From Hormiphora californensis (lineage: Eukaryota > Animalia > Ctenophora): a stretch of DNA of 64,000 bases. Below are positions 1 through 34,963 of this stretch, one piece after another. Position 1 is the stretch's first letter, and each line of letters starts with the position of its first letter. The position numbers and the translations under genes were made by a program. The stretch is taken from contig CM035358.1 of the NCBI GenBank assembly GCA_020137815.1, forward strand, positions 372,001-436,000, written 5' to 3'. Below the pieces are notes generated by a model. The model was not told where the DNA came from and did no database searches. It worked only from the letters and a program-made list of their open reading frames with translations.

Positions 1-60
1 GGGGCAGGCTCCTGCCGGAGGAGAGAAAAAAGGGGAACTCTTAAAAACCACCCTTCACAG

Positions 61-932
61 AAACGAGTTGATGGATGCGTTGAAACGTTTTGGGATACAG
101 ATAACCGCAGAAGAGGCAGAGAATTTGTTCAGTATGACGGACGATAATAGTGACAGTTGTTTGCCATCAAGAATTTTTAAAAAAAAACTTACGAGGTCCC
201 TCCGCCCCAGTCCCTACGGGGAGTGTAACCCCGCCCCAGTTTTCCCAATGGTGGTGATAACCCCGTAGTCCCTACTGGTGAGGATAACCCCCCCCAGCCC
301 TATGGTGAGTGTAACCCCCCCCAGTCCTATGGGGAGTGATAAACCCCCCCCCAGTCCCCATGGGATGATAAAACCCCCCCCAGTCCCACTGGTGAGTATA
401 ACCCGCCCCAGCCCTATGGTGGTATAACCCCCCCCCAGTCCTCTGGGAGTGTTAACCCCCCCCCAGTCATTGGGAGTGATAAACCCCCCCCCGTCCCTAC
501 TGGTGAGTGATAACCCCGCCCCAGTCCCTACTGGTGAGTGATAACCCCGCCCCAGTCCCTACTGGTGAGTGATAACCCCGCCCCAGTCCCTACTGGTGAG
601 TGATAACCCCGCCCCAGTCCCTACTGGTGAGTGATAACCCCGTCCCAGTCCCTACTGGTGAGTGATAACCCCGCTCCAGTCCCTACTGGTGAGTGATAAC
701 CCCACCCCAGTCCCTACTGGTGAGTGATAACCCCGCCCCAGTCCCTACTGGTGAGTCATAACCCCGCCCCTTCATTCTTATCTCCCTGATCTCTCTCTTT
801 CTTACTCAATAACTCTTAACAGGAATGATGGGAAATATGTCACCTGGTTCGAGATCCCCAAGAGGATCCCGCTCCCCTAACAATACCAGAGCACGCAGCC
901 CGAACAGAGCCAAAAGTCCGACACGTGCCTAA
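61..932 (+). CDS. 3' part of an EF-hand (calmodulin-like) protein gene with an RSP-repeat C-terminal tail; two exons visible (~61-180, 823-932)
   Basis: After cag at 58-60 the exon reads NELMDALKRFGIQITAEEAENLFSMTDDNSDSCL, an EF-hand helix-loop that becomes garbled at its end. After ag at 821-822 the last exon reads GMMGNMSPGSRSPRGSRSPNNTRARSPNRAKSPTRA-TAA(930-932). AATAAA lies near 1065. Confidence 0.6.
200..770. repeat. 31-bp intronic minisatellite (CCCAGTCCCTACTGGTGAGTGATAACCCCGC)n
   Basis: Near-perfect copies at 494-770 and degenerate copies at 200-490. Confidence 0.9.
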
Positions 933-1151
933 CCAGACACGCGTAAAGCGAGATTTATTTGCGTTTTAGCAACAGAAACAGTTTCTACCGAGAAAGACCC
1001 TACCATTTGAATATTGTACGAAGTGTAAAATTGTCAATTTTTAGATAAAATAAATAACTGAAACAATAAAAACGGAGTATTGTACACTGGGGCTACTACA
1101 GACTGAGAAGAAAAGAAAAGCTCACCATAATTCCAGTAACATGCCTAGGAA

Positions 1152-1790
1152 GTTACCATAGCACAACATGTTAACATGGTAACCACTACACGATGTTACC
1201 ATAGCACCACATGTTAACATGGTAACCACTACACGACGTTACCATAGCACCACATGTTAACATGGTAACCACTACACGACGTTACCATATCACCACATGT
1301 TAACCACTACACGACGTTACCACAGCACCACATGTTAACATGGTAACCACTACACGACGTTACCATAGCACCACATGTTAACATGATAACCACTACACGA
1401 CGTTACCATAGCACCACATGTTAACATGATAACCACTACACGACGTTACCATAGCACCACAACACGACGTTACCATAGCACCACATGTTAACATGGTAAC
1501 CACTACACGACGTTACCATAGCACCACATGTTAACATGATAACCACTAGACGACGTTACCATAGCACCACAACACGACGTTGCCATAGCACCACATGTTA
1601 ACCACTACACAACGTTACCATAGCACCACATATTAACATGATAACCACTACACGACGTTACCATAGCACCACATGTTAACATGATAACCACTACACAACG
1701 TTACCATAGCACCACATGTTAACATGATAACCACTACACGACGTTACCATAGCACCACATGTTAACATGATAACCACTGTAACAGTAGGT
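1152..1790. repeat. 43-bp minisatellite (GTTACCATAGCACCACATGTTAACATGGTAACCACTACACGAC)n
   Basis: About 15 tandem units, some with internal deletions. The unit contains the palindrome CATGTTAACATG. Confidence 0.9.
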
Positions 1791-1848
1791 ATAGCATCAC
1801 ATGGAGTACAGTGAACTATTAATTGTAAGCCGTACTAAACCTATTTAA

Positions 1849-3126
1849 GGGTACACCTCGGCAAAATTTTTGTCGAGTGCCCGCTTAGCTCTCCATATGG
1901 GGTTGAAGGGCATACCAAGCCGACCTCAAATATGCAATTTTAGCCCTTAACTCGAATTCATATTTTTGCTACAGCCCCTCAAAGTTTGACCCTAAAAACC
2001 GGTTTTTAAGGTCCCTAAATTTTATTTTTAGGGCTAGAAAGCTGAAAATTTAGGGATTCATAGAGGATACCAAGGTGTATAGCTCAAACAGAAATTTTTT
2101 GAAATGGAGCTCAATTTTTTGTCTGAGACTATTTTACTTTTTTTGACTTTGAGGCCATATTTGGACATGTTCCTATGGACCGTTAAGGCTAAAAATTGGA
2201 TATTTGGTGCTCCTAACGATTGTCAAAGTAGCCACAAATTTTCAGGAGGTCCGAATTTGAAATGTGGCCTACAGGTTTCTTTTTGTAAAGCACATATTTT
2301 AGGAAAACTTAAAATTGCTATATCTCAAAAACGGTAGGTCCTAGCGATCTAATTACGTGCTAAATCGATTCAGCGGGTCCGATTTTGGGGGGGTCGTCTC
2401 TTAGACATTTTGCTCTAAGTCTAACCGTTTTTTCAGAAATCGTATTTTAAGGTTTGTACATGTTTAGCAGAAATGCTTCTAGCTAGAGCTAATCTTACCT
2501 ATTTCTGCTAAACATGTTCAAATCTTTAAATACGATTTCTGAAAAAACGGTTAGACTTAGAGCAAAATGTCTAAGAGACGACCCCCCCAAAATCGGACCC
2601 GCTGAATCGATTTAGCACGAAATTAGATCGCTAGGACCTACCGTTTTTGAGATATAGCAATTTTAAGTTTTCCTAAAATATGTGCTTTACAAAAAGAAAC
2701 CTGTAGGCCACATTTCAAATTCGGACCTCCTGAAAATTTGTGGCTACTTTGACAATCGTTAGGAGCACCAAATATCCAATTTTTAGCCTTAACGGTCCAT
2801 AGGAACATGTCCAAATATGGCCTCAAAGTCAAAAAAAGTAAAATAGTCTCAGACAAAAAATTGAGCTCCATTTCAAAAAATTTCTGTTTGAGCTATACAC
2901 CTTGGTATCCTCTATGAATCCCTAAATTTTCAGCTTTCTAGCCCTAAAAATAAAATTTAGGGACCTTAAAAACCGGTTTTTAGGGTCAAACTTTGAGGGG
3001 CTGTAGCAAAAATATGAATTCGAGTTAAGGGCTAAAATTGCATATTTGAGGTCGGCTTGGTATACCCTTCAACCCCATATGGAGAGCTAAGCGGGCACTC
3101 GACAAAAATTTTGCCGAGGTGTACCC
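1849..3126. mobile_element. Non-autonomous foldback DNA transposon, Kolobok-like
   Basis: TTAA(1845-1848)|GGGTACACC...GGTGTACCC|TTAA(3127-3130). The inverted arms are about 625 bp and nearly identical (mirror ORFs 2104+ and 2871-), with a ~26-bp spacer at 2475-2500. TTAA TSD with RR..YY termini fits Kolobok rather than piggyBac (CCY). Confidence 0.85.
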
Positions 3127-3557
3127 TTAAACCCCAAATGTATTCAGTGAAAATCTCTTGTGTCTCTCGTACAAACTTGAAGCACCAAATGTTACCATGG
3201 TAACCACTACACACTTGAATGTGCTATTCTAATGTTCGGAACTAATCTAGAGTTTCGTGTCACAAATCTATGACCTCCGGTTTACACACAAAAACACATG
3301 GTAGAAACATACACCCTATACACCCTTGTATTTGGTTATGAATAGAGTGACACATACAATAGTCCCAGAAACACAAAGTGGGCATCCACCAGCCAGTTGA
3401 TCCCCACACACATGTACACAAATCACCCTGGGGCCGTCACTTTAAAATCAATGTCCATTTGTTATTCCAAACCGTGTCACCTCTGAAAAAGAGAAAATTA
3501 TGTCAGCAAACAGCCATTCTTCACAATATTATTTCAAACTGCTCAATATGTACACTG

Positions 3558-3743
3558 TTAACTACATCTTACCGATTTGTGGCGAGCAAGGATCGTCCTG
3601 ACATCGTTACAGAATCGTAACCCATCAAGAAATGGTAGTAGATTGAGTAACCATGTGTCCGACTTATCATGTGTCCATGTAGGAATGGCAATCGCATTGT
3701 CTGAAGACGGACAGACAATTAGGAAGGGAGAGAGAGAGATGCG

Positions 3744-3781
<38 letters not shown>

Positions 3782-3795
3782 GAGAGAGAGAGGCG

Positions 3796-3872
<77 letters not shown>

Positions 3873-4899
3873 CAGACAGAGAGAGAGGGGGGAGAAAAGA
3901 GTAATAATGTGAGAACTGAGAGGATGTGTAAAAATAGCAACACACACAAAAATGGTAGGGAAGTGTCACTTCCACAAAGTGTTTCTTCAATAATCTCATA
4001 TGATTCCTGCAGCACGCATGAAGAATGTTTGCCCATGAAGAGGGCTGGTAAATTTGGAGGTGTTCCAAGTGCAGTCGCCTGACCGTCGGGCAGACTGGTC
4101 AACTGCGCGCAACTGTGTACTTTTATTACAACTGAGCGCGGAAAACTAGCAATAGTAGGGATAACCAGAGATTTCGAAACTAGCCAGAAAACACGGGGCC
4201 ACTAAAGCAAACATTACCACTGTGTGTGTGTGTGTGTGTACTTTGGCAAGCAACACTTCCATAGTTACCTGGATAATGTTTATAGGCTGCAGGGGAATTG
4301 TCAATTATGAAAATACTCGACATGTCTGGATGAATTACACTCAGGTTCTTCGTGTACAGGTTCGTAGTATCTAATACACAATGCTGAAAGAGATGACTTG
4401 TTAAAACTCTATAGTAGAGGAAGGAACTCTCCAATATACAGTTTCAAGTTACAAAATGAACTTAGCCAGCTACATAGCGGGGAGCTACCTAGAGAGCTGT
4501 ACATAAAACCTGTTGTCTTGTTCATATTTACTGCCATAGCTATTTCTATTCAAGATAGCATTCACTATTCAGTACAAAATCTCCCAAAAAAAGATGAAAA
4601 CAAGACTCCCTTGTTGCCACACTTTATTCACTTCCTCTCCCCCACTAAATAAAACCATCCAGCTCCCACAGTCACGGCTATTTAAGCATTTCTCAGAATT
4701 TAGTCTTCCGAAAAAAAGTTTAATTGCATTTAATTAGTCGGTAAAAACCAGAATACCGAACAAAACTTTCAAACTTTTAATATTTGTACCCTCTTTTCGA
4801 GGGTACTATTTTGTAAACCATTTGAAACCTACTATACTGTAAACCCTAATGATGCCAATTATAGACATGCCAGTATAAAACATTGAACACGATAACTCA

Positions 4900-4940
<41 letters not shown>

Positions 4941-5092
4941 ACTCACTTGTCGAAAGTAGCACTCTCTAAAGATAGATCTTCTGTTGTCAAGCCTGTTTAT
5001 AACCTGTCTCCCATAGGGCTCTATACTCGCCGTATATATCACTATGTGATACCATTGCCGTACCTACAACAACAACATTTTAGTGGAAAATT

Positions 5093-5139
<47 letters not shown>

Positions 5140-6148
5140 GGAAATGTAAACTTACTACATCAAGGAAGTAGTCGACATGGGGTCTCTTATTAACAAAAAA
5201 CTTCACTGGTTCCTGGCCTCTCTCTATGCTGACCTGAATTCGATACATTGGTTAGAGGGTGTACTGATAACATGGGGTCAGGTGATGTACCTTATCACAA
5301 CATTTCAATTACCCTCTCCTACACAGTAACTTACTCTTAGTATAAAATCAGGATGCACTTGGGATCGTAAACACGCCCTGAAATAGCGCGATGTGAGGGC
5401 CAATTTTTAATATTGAAAATGTTAGAATATGTTCTGGGACAACACACATCTTATGAGACACAACAAATTCAAAACAATTGATTCACTCACGGGTTCATGT
5501 TCTGAGAGTGCACCAACGTTTCATCAAGATCCAAAACTAAAACTTTTTTTCGTACCCTTACTGAAGATTTATCTGGGTCAAAAGACAAATCAAAATATGT
5601 AGTAGGATTAGTAGTACTTACATAAGCGTTCATATCCCCACGGCTGCTCCAGTGGTATTGATTCATATTTAACGGCTTGGTACTCAGATGTCTGAAAACA
5701 GTGGGATGAAACCCAGGGTTGTATTGGGGGTGTAATACAGAGCATCAGTAACAAACAAAATATGAAATACCTTAGGGTCACCACACACCAAAGTTAAAAT
5801 TAAAATTAAAATTTTGATTTTAAACCCGCACACACCAGCGGCCGTTAAAATTTCTCTCCCCCATTCTAAAAGTAACAATCTCGCGCGCGATTTTAACGGC
5901 GTGTTAAAATTTTGTCATCCAACGCGACCGTCAAAATCGTGTGTGAGATTGTTACTTTTAGAATGGGGAGAGAAATTTTAACGGCCGCTGGTGTGTGCGG
6001 GTTTAAAATCAAAATTTTAATTTTAATTTTAACTTTGGTGTGTGGTGACCCTTACCTTATGATATAGACCCTTAAAAAGGTTATAGAGGGAGTGTAGAAC
6101 AGTTATAATCACGAAGAAGAATCCCTTTAACAAACATAAGACCCTCAT
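3558..6148 (-). CDS. CTDNEP1: CTD nuclear envelope phosphatase 1 (Dullard), HAD/FCP1-like phosphatase
   Basis: GT-AG exons in consistent phase: 6056-6148, 5622-5691, 5491-5560, 5335-5377, 5156-5233, 4947-5063, 4269-4383, 3558-3700. Hydrophobic N-terminus, then [15 protein letters not shown] (DxDxT), [28 protein letters not shown] and [21 protein letters not shown], all matching Dullard. Confidence 0.93.
3728..3890. repeat. (GA)n microsatellite; similar tracts at 5096-5135, 10373-10496, 21814-21926, 30441-30522, 33230-33358 and many within 37980-61890; (TCTG)n at 10984-11080
   Basis: Seen directly. These tracts explain the poly-RE and poly-SL ORFs in the track. Confidence 0.95.
4901..4939. 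repeat. Poly-G homopolymer in a CTDNEP1 intron
   Basis: 39 consecutive G. Confidence 0.85.
5775..6051. mobile_element. PIF/Harbinger (Tourist-like) MITE
   Basis: TTA(5772-5774)|GGGTCACCACACACC...GGTGTGTGGTGACCC|TTA(6052-6054). TIRs are over 110 bp and the TSD is 3-bp TWA. Confidence 0.85.
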
Positions 6149-6770
6149 TCTGCTACAGTTATCATATTATCTAACCAACAATATATGTTATTAGAAATAA
6201 TGGGGGGAGCGACATCTTTTTTAATATTAACATCGGGAAAGCAGGTGGGGGAAAGCAGGTGAGGCCGGAGGTGGGGGGAGGTGGGGGGGGGGGGTCTAAA
6301 AAGTTGGGGCTTGGACCAGACCAGATGGATTAAATTTACACAATCTAAACGCGTGCGGATTTCCCAGCGAGTGGGTCCTCCTTGTCAAGTCTTAACTCAG
6401 AATATTAAAATCAAATCGCCCCGCCGTGTGGTCAGTCATCAGCAGCAGCTAAAACAGCAAAAACACACATAGCTAAGATTTCGCCGCCTGACTAAGTCAT
6501 TCGGGACCGTGGGGTGCCCTTTCACCGGAGGTTCTCCTAGAGCGGTCCTTTGTCTTCGGCGTATGATGTGATTATGTAGTACGATTGAGCAGGCATGTCC
6601 GTGAATATCGGAAAACGTTAAAATCTGGGTGCCTTTCATTACTAACAATTCGTAGTTTTAGCGCACGCGACGGGCTAGGGCTATCCGTTAGGATCTGGTT
6701 AGGGTTTGGGGTTATCGGTTAGGGCTATTGATTCTCTATCAGTTACCGTTTAGTTAATTCAAATTGGCCA

Positions 6771-6878
6771 TGTGGTTGCGTGGCTATAGCCGTTTGAAAA
6801 AAGTTGGTCTAAGTGTACTCTTTTGGTGGCTCGCACCTGTAAACAGGCCGCAATGCACCCAGATTATAATCGTGCCCG
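6771..6878 (+). repeat. Conserved ~100-bp head motif, copy A (candidate structured RNA or SINE-like head)
   Basis: TGTGGTTGCGTGGC...GCACCTGTAAACAGGC...CACCCAGATTATAA; homologues at 8711-8798 (+) and 59112-59207 (-). Confidence 0.7.
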
Positions 6879-7125
6879 TGAATATCTATCTGAGGAGATG
6901 TTTCTCGGGAGGCAAAAACAATTTATACATACTATTATTGATATTGTTAGGCCAGATGCATGTGACTTCTTTTATTATAATTTTATCCCCCATTTTCGAT
7001 TTGTTTCTCGTGAGGGTTATTTACTCCTAAGCTTGACGGCTAATGTTTAAAGCCTAGCCAGTAAAAGGAACAAGCATATTTGCACGATGTATTCAGTGCT
7101 GTATTTCCCTGCCGGCTGCCCAGGG

Positions 7126-8685
7126 TCTTGTAGTCTTGTAGTCTTGTAGTCCTCTTTGTGCAAATACTGCACAGGTGTCAGCTCCTCACAGAGCCTCCCC
7201 CTCCCTGGAAGCTATTCGTTCCCAGTCAATTATCGAATTGTTGTTCTGTCGAGTGTATCCAGTCACCGGGGGTCGGTCTGGGAATCTCTTCAGCCATTTA
7301 CCAAGAAGGACTTTGAATGAGGCTAGGTCTTCCGCCGTATTCACGTTACATGGTAGGGTGTTCCAAAGTCTGGCCGCTCTGCAGGCGAACGAGTTGTGGT
7401 ACTTCGTTGCAACAGAAACTTGTGTGGTGGTGGGGGACGTTGGAACCTCAACTTTCTTTCCAAGTCGAGCATTATTGTAGAACTTCACACCAATGTTGTT
7501 GGGTGCGTTGCCGACTGACATCTTCCACATCATAATGATGGAGTAGCGTTCCCGACGCCGCTGCATTGACTGTAAGTTCAACTTCTTTAGGCGATCCCAA
7601 TAGCTCAGGTCGCTCATCCCAAGGATACGTTTGGTAAACTTCCTCTGTACTGCTTCAACGCTCATGATGTCCGAGATCTTAGGTGAGTCCCAGAGCGGGC
7701 AGCAATATTCCAGCTTGCTTCGCACAAGGCTTTTGTAGAGGATGAGCATTGTCTTCGGCTGTCTTGTTTTGAAAGCACGTAGAACCCATCCACTCATCCT
7801 TCGGGCGTCTGCAGTCATCTTTCCGATGTGAAGGTCCCAGGATAGATCATTTGCTAATTGAACCCCGAGGTCCCGTACATATGGTTTTGGTTCAATCTCA
7901 GATCCATCGGGGGTGTAGTAGGTGTCCAGACCCGAGGTGAAGGGGAGCTGTCTGAGCAAGAGAGTTTTGTTAAGCGTGTAGTGCAAAACTTCGAATTTTT
8001 CTTCGTTCAAGCTCATGTTGTTTGCTTTTGACCATCTTCCTACTTCATTCAGATCCTTCTGAAGTTGGGCTTGAGACTCCTCATTTTCTATCGCTTTGAT
8101 GAGTTTGGTGTCATCTGCCAGGGTTTTTGGAAGGGAAAACTGTACTGCTGAGACCAAATCTGCAACGTAGACTATGAAGAGGGGTGGGCCAAGCACAGTT
8201 CCCTGGGGGACCCCGCTCCGTACTCTTTCCCGTGAGGACTGTTTTCCATCCACTACAACGGTTTGGTATCTGTCCGTCAAGAAGCACCGGATCCAGTTCA
8301 GGACTTTTCCACGGAGTCCATAACGTTCAAGTTTGGATATGAGGATGTTTATATCGACCTTATCAAACGCTTTTGCGTAGTCAATATATATAACATCCAC
8401 TTCATTACCATCTCGGAGTTGTTTGAGTATGGTGTCAACGTGTTCGATTAGTTGGGTCAGGCAACTACGATTTTTCCGGAACCCGTGTTGAGATTCTGGG
8501 AACACGTTGTTTTCCTCGAAGAATGTAACAATTCGGTTTCTCATGACTCTCTCGAATGTTTTAATCATGTTGGAGGTCAAGGACACTGGTCGGTAATTTG
8601 CTGCCTTAGTCCTGTCCCCCTTCTTGAATATCGGAACTATTTGCTGGTTTTTCAGGGAGGAAGGTATAGTTCCTCTATCCATTGA
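7126..8685 (-). mobile_element. 5'-truncated non-LTR retrotransposon (CR1/L2 group) with (CTACAAGA)3 tail
   Basis: RT ORF ends at 7186 and tail repeats lie at 7126-7149. No endonuclease domain is present (truncated) and no clear TSD was seen. Confidence 0.88.
7186..8682 (-). CDS. LINE ORF2 reverse transcriptase (C-terminal 498 aa, open)
   Basis: NYRPVSLTS, QHGFRKNRSC, IYIDYAKAFDKV, SGVPQGTVLGPPLF, LADDTKL, RDLGV and LYKSLVRSKLEYC are CR1-group RT motifs. Confidence 0.92.
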   Translation of the reverse strand: MDRGTIPSSLKNQQIVPIFKKGDRTKAANYRPVSLTSNMIKTFERVMRNRIVTFFEENNVFPESQHGFRKNRSCLTQLIEHVDTILKQLRDGNEVDVIYIDYAKAFDKVDINILISKLERYGLRGKVLNWIRCFLTDRYQTVVVDGKQSSRERVRSGVPQGTVLGPPLFIVYVADLVSAVQFSLPKTLADDTKLIKAIENEESQAQLQKDLNEVGRWSKANNMSLNEEKFEVLHYTLNKTLLLRQLPFTSGLDTYYTPDGSEIEPKPYVRDLGVQLANDLSWDLHIGKMTADARRMSGWVLRAFKTRQPKTMLILYKSLVRSKLEYCCPLWDSPKISDIMSVEAVQRKFTKRILGMSDLSYWDRLKKLNLQSMQRRRERYSIIMMWKMSVGNAPNNIGVKFYNNARLGKKVEVPTSPTTTQVSVATKYHNSFACRAARLWNTLPCNVNTAEDLASFKVLLGKWLKRFPDRPPVTGYTRQNNNSIIDWERIASREGEAL

Positions 8686-8710
8686 TACATACTGTTCAGG
8701 AGACAGGTAA

Positions 8711-8798
8711 TGTGGTTGCGTGGCATGGCCGTTGTATTATTGTTAGTCACTTGCAACTGTAAACAGGCTGCGAGGCACCCAGATTATAACCTAGCCCG
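8711..8798 (+). repeat. Conserved head motif, copy B
   Basis: TGTGGTTGCGTGGC...GCAACTGTAAACAGGC...CACCCAGATTATAA. Confidence 0.7.
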
Positions 8799-9109
8799 TC
8801 CACGGACCACGGTCACCCCGGCCAAAACTGAAAAAATGGACAGAAAAGACGAAAAAACATAAAGTAAATCAAAACATTTGATCAAAATTGCGAAATTTTG
8901 CAAGCGCGGCACGGCGGCACCAGAAACGCGCGGCAGAGCTTAAAGGGGTTATTCCGCGCGTCACATAACAGTGCAATTTTACGTTCACCCAAATAAATAA
9001 AAGTAAAATTCTTCCGTTCGCGTTTTTTTGCAAAATAAAATGATGAAAATCGTTTAAAAACGCTTAAAAATGTCAGAAATGTTTATGGGGCCTCACCCCT
9101 CAACCCCCA

Positions 9110-9655
9110 CAGGGCTAAGCTTCCTCTCTCTTAACATTCTCTCTATCTTCAACGCCGCCGGGAGCGCTATAATATCGTCATGATTTGGAAAATGGCCAAT
9201 GAAAAAGCTCCCAACAACATCGGCATTCGCTTTTGCAACCATACCCGACTTGGAAAAAAAGGCAGAACTCCCTACATGCCCCACAAAGTACAAACACCCA
9301 AAAATCGGCCAAGACGAAGCACTACAACTCGTTTTCAAGCAGAGCGACCCGATCATGGATTATGGAATCAGGAATACCCTCTCCAGCGAAGTGAACAGTG
9401 AACTCAGCGGAAGATTCGGATTCATTCAAGATACTTTTGGGCATATGGCTGAAGGGATTTTCAGATCGCCCCCGGGCCCCGGTACTCGGATACCAAAAAC
9501 AGAAAAACCACTCAATATTGGACTGGATATGGCATGTTTCCAGGGAGGGGAGGCTCTGTAAAGAACTGGTACCGGTGTATAGGTAGATACCAAGTTCCTT
9601 ATGCATATGATATGGACTATGAAAAGCGGACAATAAATGCGTATTTGTATTTAGT
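9110..9655 (+). pseudogene. Frameshifted 3' fragment of a related CR1-group LINE ORF2 with (GTATTT)n tail
   Basis: Three frames give LQRRRERY..MIWKMANEKAPNNIGIRF, SFKILLGIWLKGFSDRP and ILDWIWHVSREG, homologous to the C-terminus of ORF 7186-8682. The tail AAAGCGGA..GTATTTGTATTT is at 9623-9652. Confidence 0.85.
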
Positions 9656-9776
9656 ATTACTCCCCACTCTCGCCGACCTAGGCTACCTCCCTGGTCCCGG
9701 ACAACCAGGGATTTGCTCATTTAAAATTTTCCCACTCTTCATTTACTAATGGTATCTTTGAAGACAATTTAGCGAA

Positions 9777-15990
<6,214 letters not shown>

Positions 15991-16335
15991 GTTGGACTCA
16001 GCTAGTTCTGTCTTTTTTAATTTACAGCAATTGTAATTCCAACTACCGTGTGAATAGACTGTAAAAACCAAACGTGCAGTACCCCATACCAGTTTTTGAT
16101 TTGAGTGTGTTTCATGATGTCAGTTACAGCCGTGTTATTAATTGTGATGTACACCTTTCTGTGAACTAAGTTTGCTGAAACAAAATTTGTTTTTTCATTT
16201 GAACCCTCAGTAACAGTGTGTCTGTGCATTGTGCTATATGAGTCTGTTGCACAGACTCTGTGCTCATGTTTATAGAGACACAAGCAAGGTGCAATGGACC
16301 GGACAGTTTCCATGTTGAACCAATGATAGACCCTA

Positions 16336-16677
16336 CGGGGAGAGACACACTGAGGTTGGTCGCACGTGTTCAACTCTCAACCGCGTGAAACACACTGAAG
16401 TTTCGCGGTTTGAAGTTCAACTCTCAACCGCGGTACGGGTAAAGTTCGAAGTTTCCCGAAATACCTTTTTTGGCTGAGAACTCATTTGCAAGAGGTTAAT
16501 TTCATTACTGGTACTTCTCTCGAGCTATCCTTTATCCATACTGAGTCAATTTCAGCCAAAAAGGGGTATTTCGCGAAACTTCGAACTTTACCGCGAAACT
16601 TCAAACCGCGAAACTTCAGTGTGTTTCACGAGGGTGAGAGTTGAACGTGCGCGACCAACCTCAGTGTGTCTCCCGCC
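16336..16677. mobile_element. MITE-like long inverted repeat between convergent gene 3' ends
   Basis: GAGACACACTGAGGTTGGTCGC...GCGACCAACCTCAGTGTGTCTC with imperfect arms of about 140 bp and TA at both flanks. Confidence 0.7.
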
Positions 16678-16729
16678 TACCAGTACCCCACCTTCACCCC
16701 GGCCCTGAGAGCTTTAAATAGTCCCATCG

Positions 16730-16813
16730 AACGTGGTTCTCCCGCTCGCTCATGTCACAGGAGAGCGTGAGAATTGGGTTCAGCGTGATGTCTGACAGAG
16801 GGAGAACCACGTT
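16730..16813. repeat. Short inverted repeat (mini-MITE-like)
   Basis: AACGTGGTTCTCCC (16730-16743) / GGGAGAACCACGTT (16800-16813). Confidence 0.55.
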
Positions 16814-16887
16814 GATTCAATTATAGAACATGGATTTAAAAATTAAGAATTAAGAAAAAGACAAATAACAGGGATCAAACAGGTCAT

Positions 16888-34963
<18,076 letters not shown>

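Noticed and set aside
200-1790. 31- and 43-bp repeats (also 42807-43375) as CRISPR arrays
   Set aside because: The units are contiguous with no unique spacers, there are no cas genes, and the context is eukaryotic.
2104-2871. Identical mirror ORFs (77 aa; also 45594/46475) as genes
   Set aside because: They are by-products of inverted-repeat arms and have no transposase motifs.
1849-3126. piggyBac assignment based on TTAA
   Set aside because: The termini are GGG..CCC rather than piggyBac CCY..RGG; Kolobok fits better.
3577-4102. Poly-RE / poly-SL ORFs here and throughout the window
   Set aside because: They are translations of (GA)n microsatellites.
6672-6727. Telomeric repeat
   Set aside because: Only a few degenerate TTAGGG-like units, and interstitial.
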